Part shown: positions 24,820 to 35,619 of the stretch, piece after piece
Layout: each line of letters starts with the position of its first letter
Position numbering within the stretch: position 1 is the first letter of the stretch
DNA from: Octopus bimaculoides
Lineage: Eukaryota
Assembly: GCF_001194135.2 (NCBI RefSeq)
Contig: NC_068992.1
Location: 57,893,789 to 57,957,788 of the forward strand
DNA: 64,000 bases
Reading direction: 5' to 3'
Position numbers and translations under genes: made by a program
Notes under the pieces: model-generated
What the model was told of the DNA's origin: nothing
Seen by the model: only the letters and a program-made list of their open reading frames with translations
Databases searched by the model: none

Positions 24820-25043
24820 TTAACCCTTAAGCATTTAAACTTGCAATATATGATTAAAATAAATATTATACTGTTTTTATTTTTGGACTAGTTTCAGCCT
24901 CTCACATCTGCCCTACAATGTCATTCTAAATTAAACAATTACATCGAAATCTCAAAGCTATGACACAATGCATGACTAATTCAAAATGATGTGAATAAAT
25001 AGGTATTATAGTTAATAGAGTAATTTGAATGCTAAAGGGTTAA
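24820..25043. mobile_element. TTAA-flanked MITE (piggyBac-type ends), representative
   Basis: TTAA-CCCTTAAGCATT ... AATGCTAAAGGG-TTAA. Related copies at 36576-36788, 57886-58113, 61217-61427 and 9426-9637 (right end lost). Confidence 0.8.
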
Positions 25044-25372
25044 TATTTAATCTTGCTGTTTATTTCTATTTTTGCATTTTTGTTTTGTTTGATTTGTTGT
25101 TCTTGTTTTTTTGTTTTTTGTTTTTTTTTTTTTCCCCATTCTGTGTTTGTTTGATTATGGCCACTTCTTGCATGTTTGGTATTGAAATAACTCTTGTCTT
25201 CCTGCTTCCTTTCCAGGCTAAATCAACCAATGTCAAGGTAACATTTTAACGCACATAGTTGCTTCATCAGTTGTACCTTTTTCTTCTTTTTTTTTTAATC
25301 TACTAACACACAGCAAAATATATAATTGCTAAGCTTCCTCTCTCTTTTAATTTTAATAATAGTAATGGTCTA

Positions 25373-25413
<41 letters not shown>

Positions 25414-26546
25414 GTCAAATGTGGGATCTTTTTTTCTATTAAGGTTTTTCTTTATGTGGAGTATGTACACAATAATTCCTTTCTCTCTCTGTGTTTATAC
25501 ATACATACATACATACATACAGAGATGTGTATGTGTGTAGATGTATGCATGCGTATGTATATGTGTGTGTATGTATGTATTTATGTAGATATTTACATAT
25601 ATACATATATATATAAACAATATGTGTGCATGTGTGGTTATATATGCACGCACACGTATTAGTTAGTTTTAGACAATGATGTTTTAAATGCTTCATGTTC
25701 TAACCTGGAAAAAAAAAAGAAAAAAACAGCTTTTTTTTTTTTTTGCTTATGTATTAGTCTGCAGCAAGTAGAATAGAAGGCAATTGAACTATACATACGG
25801 CTCAGTCACAATTCATGGTGGCAATATCAGCTTTTCTGTCTTAATTTTCTTTGATAATAAATACATTTAATAAATACATAAATGTCATTCACACTGCCAC
25901 CAAATTCAACAGTGCTAGCTCTCTATTAACTGTCCAAAAGCAAGGCTGTCACTCATGAGTGAGTGTGAACATTTTTGGTGAAGCTGATTTGAGGCTGACT
26001 TGTTTGACAACTGACATTTTATTGTTTCTCTCTTTCTCTCCCTCCTCCTTTATGTGTATGAGAAGAGGGTAAGTGTTTATGTCACTTGTGCTCAGTTGTC
26101 ATCATCATCGTCATCATCAGCTCTAAGCTGACATTGGTTGGATGGTTTGACAGGGGCCAGCAAACCAGAGCACTGTGCCAAGCTCTAGTATCTGCTTTGG
26201 TATGGTTTCTATACCTGGAGACCCTTCCTAATGCCAACCACTTTATTGAATGTGCTGGGTGCTTTTTTTTTATGGCACCAACACTGGCAAAGTCACTGTC
26301 TCTCTCTTTCCCTCTCTGTCACTCTCTTTCATTCTTTTCCTTGTTTCAGTCATTTGACTGTGGCCATACTGGAGCACTACCTTAAAGGGTTTTAGTCGAA
26401 AAAAATCGATCCCAGGACTTATTGTTTGTAAGCCTAGTACTTATTCTATTGGTCCCTTTTTCTGAACTGCTAAGTTACAAGGATGTAAGCACAGCATCCT
26501 TGCTTATCAAGTGATGATGGTGGGGACAAACACAGACATAGACCAA

Positions 26547-27390
26547 CCCGGCCGTAGCCGGCCGAGAGTACCCATTGTTATTTAAATGTATATTTGAACC
26601 CAAATCTCGTTAGTACATTTGTTAAAACACCTGATTTCACTTTGCAAACAGTTGAGTTATTGTCTCCGACATTGTTTGGTGTGATATTTGAACTCAGTGA
26701 ATTTTGGAAGATTTTTTTTCCACATTTTTTGCGGCATTAATTTTTTTCAACTTTGAAGATGGAGAGGAGTTTCATGCTATCAAGCAGTGATTCCGAATTT
26801 GAAGGTTTTTCAACAGGAGATATGGAGATATCAAAGAAAAGAATGAATGAGCTACAAAAGCACGTGGTGAACGATAATGAATCGGATATTTCTGTATCCG
26901 AAACTGAAAGCAGCGATGGCGACAGCAAGGATGATTTTACACCAGAATGGAGTAAAGATTTTTGAAATATTTTTATTAACAATTTTTCTGAGGAGACAGG
27001 GTCTAGCCATAGTCTTTCTCAGGAAGCGAAACCTTTAGACTTCTTTTTCTTATTTTCTCCAGCATGCTTGTTTGAAATGGTTACTGCAGAAACAAACCGT
27101 TACGCAGAATGTAAACAAGCCGGAAAAAAAGATAGCTTGTGGTTTCCTGAAACCGTAGATGAAATACGGGCATTTTTTGCCATAAATATTATTATGGGTA
27201 TTAGACAGTTACCCAGAATAACAAATTACTGGAGCAATCAGGAACCTTTTGGCGATTAATATGTTTCCAGTATTATGACGCAAGTACAATTCGTGAAGCT
27301 GAACCAATATTTACATGTGAGAGACACTAGCAGTACACCCCCACCAGTACGTGGAGAACTTTGAGACAAAAATTATGCAATAGAATTGAT
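26547..27390 (+). mobile_element. Degenerate piggyBac transposase 5' remnant (PGBD/DDE_Tnp_1_7-like)
   Basis: One frame from 26774 with in-frame stops: acidic N-terminus SSSDSEFEGF, then PLDFFFLF...LFEMVTAETNRYA...W...TVDEIRAFFAINIIMGIRQLPRITNYWS...IMT..QF.KLNQYLH, the canonical piggyBac N-terminal blocks. Truncated before the catalytic aspartates. Confidence 0.85.
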
Positions 27391-28543
27391 TAAGAACCCT
27401 TTCTTCAATTATGTTCCAAATATCGCATTTTTTTCATGGCACCAGCACTAGAGGGTTTACCTTGTTCCTGACAAGACAAAGGAGTCCTCTCTCCTATGAT
27501 GTCACCATTCATCTGACAATGTGTTGGGTACATTAATATTAAGCATAATATTTGAAAGTGCCGCCTGGCTGGCCTTCGTGGGATTTTCGAGCGAGATCGT
27601 TGCCAGTGCCCCTGGACTGGCTCTTGTGCGGTTGGCACATAAAATGCACCATTTTGAGCGTGGCCGTTGCCAGTACCGCCTGACTGGCCTTCGTGCGGGT
27701 GACACGTAAAAGCACCCACTACACTCTCTGATTGGTTGGCGTTAGGAAGGGCATCCAGCCGTAGAAACTCTGCCAAATCAGATTGGAGCCTGGTGTTGCC
27801 ATCCGGTTTCACCAGTCCTCAGTCAAATCATCCAACCCATGCTAGCATGGAAAGCGGACGTTAAACGATGATGATGATGATGATAAAATTGAGCAACGAT
27901 TTTATTGTAAGTATTTATACATGCTATTACTACAGCCAGTATTAATTGTAGCACAGCCAAAATTTTCTGGTTTGATGGAGTGAATAGAGAATTAACAGCT
28001 CTTAATCATTTAGACCATACTTGAAGTGGTCAAGAGTTAATCCTTTTGCAAATTGCAAATATCACTGCCCGAGATCAAGTATAGTTACACTGTGCTGTAT
28101 TCTACTATTTTGCTGATTGGCAGTCTTTATTATCTACCATTCCAAAACAGGATAGTGCAAGCTGTTGCAGGCTGGACCCAATTTTGGCACTCTTGTTACA
28201 GAAACCTGGCATCACACCAGCCCATCTGAACTATTAATATGGCCGAAGTATAAGCTTATAGCTGTTGTAAAAATGCCAAGAATATGTTGGCAATAATCTA
28301 TAATTAAGCTCTGTAATTATAATAGAAGGGTGGAGGCATGGCTGTGTGGTAAGAAAATCACTTTGCAACCACATGGTTTTGAGTTCAGTTCCACTGCATA
28401 GCACTTTGGACAAATTGTCTCCTACAATTTCTCCTAAAATTTGACAGTTTGCGTACAAGGAAAAGAAAACACAATATTCCATCCAAAAATATAAGTATTT
28501 TTAAAGAAACCCAAAAATATTAGCTGGGAGATAACAGTTCAGT

Positions 28544-29190
28544 TTATTTAAAGTAACTGCCCTCAGTTTTCATCAGGGCCTCAAGCTGGCTTGGAACTTG
28601 ATGCATGTGTTTCTCACTGTGTCCCTGAGATCTTCGAACACCTCCTTGATCTTGGCCACCAGTTTCGCCTTGGTGTTGCAGGCAGAGTGGTTGGTGTCTT
28701 TCTCAACCACACCTCATGCATAATAACAACCCACAGGATTGCAATCAGGTTAAATTAAGAGGCCAGAAATTGGGGCTGAAGTCATAGAAATTCACTGACC
28801 ACCACTTCTGAGTCTTTCCAGGGTATAGCAAGGAGCCAAATCCTACTGCCTGACATATGGTCTTCCAGCAGCAACCCTCTCCAGCTGGGGTTTGACCACA
28901 GTGTCCAGCAGCAGCCCTCTCCAGCTGGGGTTTGACCACAGTGTCCAGCAGCAACCCTCTCCAGCTGGGGTTTGACCACAGTGTCCAGCAGCAACCCTCT
29001 CCAGCTGGGGTTTGACCACAGTGTCCAGCAGCTTCACATAGCCATCGGAACTAAGCTTAAAGCCTTGTTCAAAGGTGTGGGGCAGCATGATGTCACCCTC
29101 TCTGGAGACACACCTAACGACCATCACAGTTTAGGGGAACTTGGTTTTCATGATGTCCATGTCATGTGTTCACAGGGCATTGAGCAGCAG
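28544..29190 (-). mobile_element. Degenerate Tc1/mariner transposase C-terminal remnant (DD37D/maT-like)
   Basis: Reads MKTKFP*TVMVVRCVSREGDIMLPHTFEQG.KLSSDGYVKLLDTVVKPQLERVAAGRPYVRQ*DLAPCYT...KTQKW...NFYDF...WP...SQLEALMKTEGSYFK*, with stops and frameshifts. Confidence 0.85.
28865..29032. repeat. Tandem repeat, 40-bp unit x4.2, inside the mariner remnant
   Basis: Units start at 28865, 28905, 28945 and 28985, with a partial unit at 29025; one substitution in unit 2. Confidence 0.95.
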
Positions 29191-31028
29191 TTATGATGTT
29201 GGCATTTTGGACACCCAGCATAAATCCTCATTATACAGGTAACTCTTTTCCGAAATTCAGATGGCTTCCAGTCCTCCTTGCCAATTACCTTTTTCTCAAC
29301 TACATCTTTAATCTTTATGCTCTCCAACGCTGTTGCCTTTCATCAATACATCAAGCTCTTCCTGAAAAAAGAAAAAGTGACATAAAATATTGTCAATTTT
29401 AGACCACATATCCTGTATATATCTATAGATAAATATACAAAATCATTTACTCTTTTACTCTTTTACCTGTTTCAGTCATTTGACTGTGGCCATGCNNNNN
29501 NNNNNTTCAGTCATTTGACTATGGCCATACTGGAGCATCGCCTTTTAGTCGAACAAATCGATCCCAGGACTTTTGTCTTTGTAAGCCTAGTACTTATTCT
29601 ATCAGTTATCAAGCGAATTGTGTGTGTTTGGGGGGGGGGTATAAACACAGACAGACACACACACACACATATACGACGNNNNNNNNNNAGACACTTGCCC
29701 AAGGTGCCATGCAGTGGGACTGAACCCGGAACCATGTGGTTTGTAAGCAAGCTACTTACCACACAGCCACTCCAACGCTATTAAACTATTAACTTTTTCG
29801 TTTTGCATGCTGGCATGAATTGGAAGGGTCTGCATTATAATGGCAGACCCAGTATTCTAACAACAGTTTTGATCCAGCTTCATCTCATCTGCAAGATCAT
29901 TGTTTTCATTATGGCCCAATCACTTCTTATTTCAAGTTCTTATTTAACCATTGTCTACAGTAATTACTGTTTCTCACTAACAACCAGCATTGTTTAACAT
30001 ATTCTTTGCAATCCATTCATTTATTATTTGTTCATGTCCATACCAGAGCTTTTACTGTTTCTATTTTTCTATCCTCATCCAATGCCATTGATAACTATTC
30101 ATTTCCCTAAACATGGCTCATGCAGATATATTCAGCTCACTTTTCCCTTACATACACCTTATAATTCAGCCTTTCGTACAAAGAAAGGGAAGCCTTAGAA
30201 ACCCTACCTCTTTGATAGTCTTTACACACGAGATTATTTTAGAGTCTACCAACAAATTTTTTCAACATTTAATTATTGTTTTTAGTTATACTGTAGATAT
30301 TCTACCTCTTTGTACCTTTCTTTCTCTTTGTTTATGCTTATCAAAATCATCATCCCCGTCATTATTATTATGATTTCGATATCCATTTTACCAAAATGGT
30401 GACAGCATATTTCAAAGACGGTTATACAGATCAACAAGTTATGCATGTCCCAAAGTTAGTGGATTTCGTAATTACATGTTAGATGTAGTTAAATGTGGAT
30501 TTTAGAGACAAATAGTGATTACTTGATATTTTCTGTGTAAGTGTGTGTATATGCATGCAAACCCTAAAGAACTCAATAGGATTTTTTCCTCTTCTCTTTC
30601 TCTCTCTTTTCTCCCCCACCTTTTCCTACAAGGTAACACACATCAGATCTCTCTTTAATAGGATTTGTATGACATTACTTCAAGTTCATGTGAATAACTT
30701 GAGTTAATCACAGATTAACCATGAAACTTCCTTAGGCCTGTACTAAATTTAAACAATAAACCCTACTTCTACATATATTTTATATTTTTATTCGTTACTT
30801 ATTTTTATACTTGCTCAATATTAATTTTTTTCCTGGAAATTAAATGCTTGCATTTCTTATTTTGATTTTGAAAAAGGTCACATATGCTTTTCTTATTCGA
30901 TTTAATCCCTCTCTCTTTGCTTCTTAACAAGTCTGTTGTATTTATTTCAAGCAAATTCTTATTGTATCTTTGCAGACAAGTTTTGTTTAGAACATGTAGC
31001 AAAGTGAAATTCATTTTTTTTTTTGCAG

Positions 31029-31113
31029 TGTATTGATGCATTGAACAATGTCCATTCCAAAATAAATGTTTCTGTGGCTGGGCGTAAGAACATCACCGAA
31101 ACCTTTAATAAAT
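31029..31113 (+). CDS. DCTN3: DCTN3 coding exon 2 (CIDALNNVHSKINVSVAGRKNITETFNK)
   Basis: Acceptor ttttttgcag|TGT, donor T|gtaagt; 85 nt, phase 0 to 1. Confidence 0.88.
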
Positions 31114-31291
31114 GTAAGTGAAACATTTGGTAAAAATAGAAATCTATTTGTTTAAATGTATTGTTTAAAATTTCAAATACATCATTATCGTCATTCATCT
31201 GTTTTCCATGCTGGCATGGGTTGGACAGTTCAACAAGAACTGGTGAGCCAGGGGGACTGTGCCAAGCTCTGTATGTCTGCTTTGGCATGGT

Positions 31292-31443
31292 TTCTTAACA
31301 CCAACCACTTTACAGAGTGTACTGGGTGCTTTTTGTGTGTCCTTCTTAACACCAACCACTTTATAGAGTGTTCTGGGTGCTTTTTGTGTGTCCTTCTTAA
31401 TACCAACCACTTTACAGTGTGTACTGGGTGCTTTTTGTGTGTC
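31292..31443. repeat. Tandem repeat, 51-bp unit x about 3, inside a family B copy in DCTN3 intron 2
   Basis: AACACCAACCACTTTA...GTGTCCTTCTT units start at 31297, 31348 and 31399. Confidence 0.9.
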
Positions 31444-31974
31444 ACTAGTAGTAGTGGAGGATACCAAACAACTCACAAGACAAGAACCCCTCAACTGAGG
31501 CAGGTGTAGCATTGAAGGCCCTGCCTTATGCCAGGTGATGAGAGATCAAAGTATGATAGAGGGACAGGGTGAATCGTGTTTAAAATTTAAAATTTTGAAT
31601 GTTTACTGTTTAAAATATAAAATTTTACTCAGGCTTTTTAAAAAATTAAATAGTTTAAATGTTGTTTAAAGTTTTAACTCTTTTCATGCTGATCATGGAA
31701 AAGTGGATGCTAAAACAATTATGATGATAATGATAAGCATGATTCTGGTGAACTATTGACGTCTGTAGAAGAATTTCTGTTAATTTGTTGACTGAAGTTG
31801 CATTCTGTCTAAGATTAGAAATATTTCTCAATTGGTTAACTTCATGTGAACTCAGTGAACCCCTTCCTTCAAAATGGTTGTCAGACTCTAAACATTCTCT
31901 CTCTCTCTCTCTTTTCTAAATTTCTGTCAAATAGAACCAACTGAATGTTTTCTTTTTAATGTCTATTTTTTTAG

Positions 31975-32061
31975 TACCAGACCTTCAAAAATATTTGGAT
32001 CCAGAATTCGCTGATGAACTTACCATAACTCCATCAGCCAAAACAGAAATGATCCTGGCTG
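31975..32061 (+). CDS. DCTN3: DCTN3 coding exon 3 (LPDLQKYLDPEFADELTITPSAKTEMILA)
   Basis: Acceptor tttttttag|TA, donor G|gtaagt; 87 nt, phase 1/1. Strongly resembles human [28 protein letters not shown]. Confidence 0.95.
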
Positions 32062-32831
32062 GTAAGTGTGTCACATATTAACTTTACACCTGATATCAAG
32101 CCTTATCCAAAGAATAAAGGGCTGTGTTGTTCATGATGCTTTCTGTAAGGGGCTCTGAGAGTGGTGGGGGAGAAAAAAAATTGGTAGACGGATCCAAATA
32201 CAAAATTCCTGAGTTATGTTGTCTAACATTACCAATTTTCCAGCTCACTGTGTTTAGCTTAGTAGTAGTAGTAGTAGTAGTAGTAGTTTCAAATTTTGGC
32301 ACAAGGCCAGGAATTTCAGGGAAAGGAGTAATTCGCCCCCAGTACCCATCTGGTACTTAGCTTTTCATCCTTTCAGGCCTAATAAAATAAGTCGACTTTG
32401 ATAGCATTTCAACTCAATGTGAAACTGAATGAAATGCCTTTAAGCATTTTGCCCAACGCGTCAACAATTCTGCCAGCTTACCATTTTTATTTTAATAACG
32501 GTTTCAAATTTTAGCAATGAGTCAGCAGCCTTTTTAAAAAAAATTTTTTTTTCTATTTTGAGAAGTGGAATTCGATTACATTGAATTTGTATTTTAAAGG
32601 CCCCCTAGGTACATGAATGGTACTTATTTTATGGACATCGAAAGGATGAAAAGCTAAATCAACCTCAGTGAAATTTGAACTCAGAAAATAAAAAAACAGA
32701 CGACGCACTTCTAAGCGTTTTGTCTAGTTGTTCTGCCAGCTCAGCGCTGTTAGTGTAATAACAGCGAAGAAGTAGCAAGACTTTGAGTTGCCTCCCTTAT
32801 GTTTGTTATTTCTCTGGTTGATTATCTAGAG

Positions 32832-33279
32832 CAGTGCTTCTCGAATTATCTGATGTGGCGTACCGTCAGGGACCGGTAATATTTCTTAGTAATATTAATT
32901 TATACCGGAATCATTATATATAATGAAGGTAATCTTCCAGTTTCGGGAGGTAAAAAAAGTAAATAAGAATACAAGGGAAATAACTTAACGTCTTACTAGT
33001 ATTATCCGTACTCTCCTCACCCCACCCGTTCGCTTTATTTTTGAGCTCGGGTCAAACGCTTTAGTTTGACCGTTATTTCCCTATACTGGAAGATTACCAT
33101 AAGTTGTTGTGCAGCCGGTACTATGATATTCAATCACGTGTGTGATTTATATATAAACAGTTAACTTCAATCACGTGTGTGATTTTATTTATAAACAGCT
33201 AAAAAAAAAATACATTTCAGAGTAGTACGGATAATACTAGTAAGACGTTAAGTTATTTCCCTTGTATTTTATTTACTTT
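32832..33279. mobile_element. hAT (Charlie-like) non-autonomous element with internal inverted repeats; right end probably in the gap
   Basis: ATCTAGAG target-like flank, then CAGTGCTTCTCGAA terminus at 32832. Inverted arms of about 56 bp at 32956-33012 and 33224-33279. Confidence 0.6.
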
Positions 33280-35588
33280 NNNNNNNNNNNNNNNNNNNNN
33301 NNNNNNNNNNNNNNNNNNNNNNNNNNNNNNNNNNNNNNTACAAAAATTTTCGGTGAAAGTGTTTTGGGATGGGGGTGGGGGACAATTTTCGGAAATTCCA
33401 CCAGAGTCCACTTAAATTCCTCTTAACTTCCAGGAAAATGAATATTTTTTCGTTAAATTTTCTACAAATATACCTTGATGTATGTAAATTTCGAGCATGT
33501 AGGAATTTTGAAGGAAACAATTGCAGGTTATTTTTGAGAAGTGTTCCCCACTCTGTGGTTTTTGGGAGCAAGTCCATATTTGTTTCATTTTTCTCTATTA
33601 TGTGCGTATGTGCATCCGGACCTTCCAAAGTCGGGGGGTACAACTTTGTAGTTATGCCACAATTTCTTTTATCTTATATCTATTTTGTAAACAAATAATA
33701 CATCTTCTGTTGTGTCTGAGGAGAGTCATTTTCTTATTGTGCCTTAAAATTTAACACACTCACCGGTAAAATTTCCACTTCTTTTTCTTTTTATTCTCCT
33801 AAAATTTTCTTTGAATCTTGCAACCTTATCAATAGACTTGATTCTGACCATTATTTACGCTGCGTTCTTTTTTGCTTTTGTTTGTTTTTGCGCATGTGTG
33901 TTTCTCAGTGTGTGTGTATGTATGCATGCATGTATGTGTGCATGTGTGTGTATGTATGTCTGTGTGTGTGTGCATTAAAACAATGATGATGATGATGATA
34001 GAATATGATTTGAGAGAGATTTGTTGTAGGTGACAATGTTCATTGGACTAGAATACTATGTCTTTGCATTTTGCAAAATGAAGGGCGTCTAATTTGGAGA
34101 AGATCTGGCTGTTATTTCTAGCAAACCATCCAACCGCTCTGGAACTCACTTTACCTTTTATTCACATTTCCTGCTGTCAGCCCTGAGTTTTCTTTGTCAG
34201 CTGAGGATGTTTTATGATTCCACTCACTGATGGAATTTTCATTTCAATCTCTTAAAGCCTGTTACTTATTCTAGTTGTCTCTTATGCCGAAACGCAAAGT
34301 AATGGGGATGTAAACAAACCAACACTGTCAAGTAGTGGGGATGGGGACAAACACAGACACACACATATATATATATGCAATGGCCTTCTTTCAGTTTCTA
34401 TCTACCAAATCTACTCACAGAGCTTTGGTTGACCTAGGGTTATAATAAAGATACTAGCCTGAGGTGCCACACAGTGGAGCTGAAACCCAGAACCATGTGG
34501 CTGGGAAGCAAACTTCTTGCCACACTTGCGCACTACTAAAAAAATACAACATAATTTTTCATTAGGTGTACCATTCAGAAAGTCCTGTGGGCTGAAGTTT
34601 GGCTTTGTCTTCTCTTAGAGAACTGCCTTAGGGTTAATAGATGGAGTAAAAACCTTCTTCTTCTCTATACATATGTGTGTTGGGGTAGATGTGTGGAGCA
34701 AGCATAGACATGTGCTTGTGATGTAAAACTTTGGAACAAACCCAGTAGCTTCTCCGGCCCTCGATTCTTCAGCGGTTGGTAAGGTTGGTAAGGGTGTTTT
34801 AAAGTTGATATTGTTTTAAGACTGCCCCTCCCCCAGCTACCATTTTGGCTTTTGATCCTTCCAAGTTCGATAAAACAAGGGTGTACTGGGGTTGATGTTA
34901 CATTTTAGNNNNNNNNNNNNNNNNNNNNNNNNNNNNNNNNNNNNNNNNNNNNNNNNNNNNNNNNNNNNNNNNNNNNNNNNNNNNNNNNNNNNNNNNNNNN
35001 NNNNNNNNNNNNNNNNNNNNNNNNNNNNNNNNNNNNNNNNNNNNNNNNNNNNNNATTCTTCCAAGTTTGATAACATAAAGGTGTACTGGGGGGGGGGGTT
35101 GATGTTGACTTTATCAACTGTTCTCTATTATCCAGTGCCCCAGCTTGGCCACAGTCCAGTGAGTAAAAACCATTGAAAGAGTTAACTAAATGAATGAAGC
35201 TTTAAAGTTTTAGAGATGAAGACTTTTACTGTTTCACTTACATATACTTCCAATCAGTGAAATTCTTCATCTCCAAAACTCTAAGGCTTCACTCAGACCC
35301 AAAGGAAATGGCAACTCGAAGCCACTCACCTATGACCTTTCTCCAAAAACTTATATGACATCATAGCAATTACATTTAGTAGTGAATATGTTTCAAGATA
35401 ATGGTGATGATGATGGTGGTGGTGATGATGATGATGTAGATGCATATATCTCGGTCAATTATTGATTGCAATGCTTTGAGCGAAAATAGCTTTGGCTTAA
35501 TTCTGATTTCTTTTTAAAATATTTTCTCAGCTTCAGTGTTTCAATATTATGAGCACACATCTTCATATGGACACTTTCCACCTAACTG

Positions 35589-35619
<31 letters not shown>

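Noticed and set aside
25439-25696. YIYI, THTH, VCVC, ERER and HHHH ORFs throughout (for example 35549-36200, 41400-41666, 45641-45940, 63750-63989)
   Set aside because: Translations of microsatellites.
28865-29032. 40-bp repeats superficially like a CRISPR array
   Set aside because: Units are head-to-tail with no spacers, lie inside a transposase remnant, and the DNA is eukaryotic.
34800-35130. Similar sequence on both sides of a gap
   Set aside because: Both are pieces of a common SINE core; likely adjacent repeat copies or an assembly effect.
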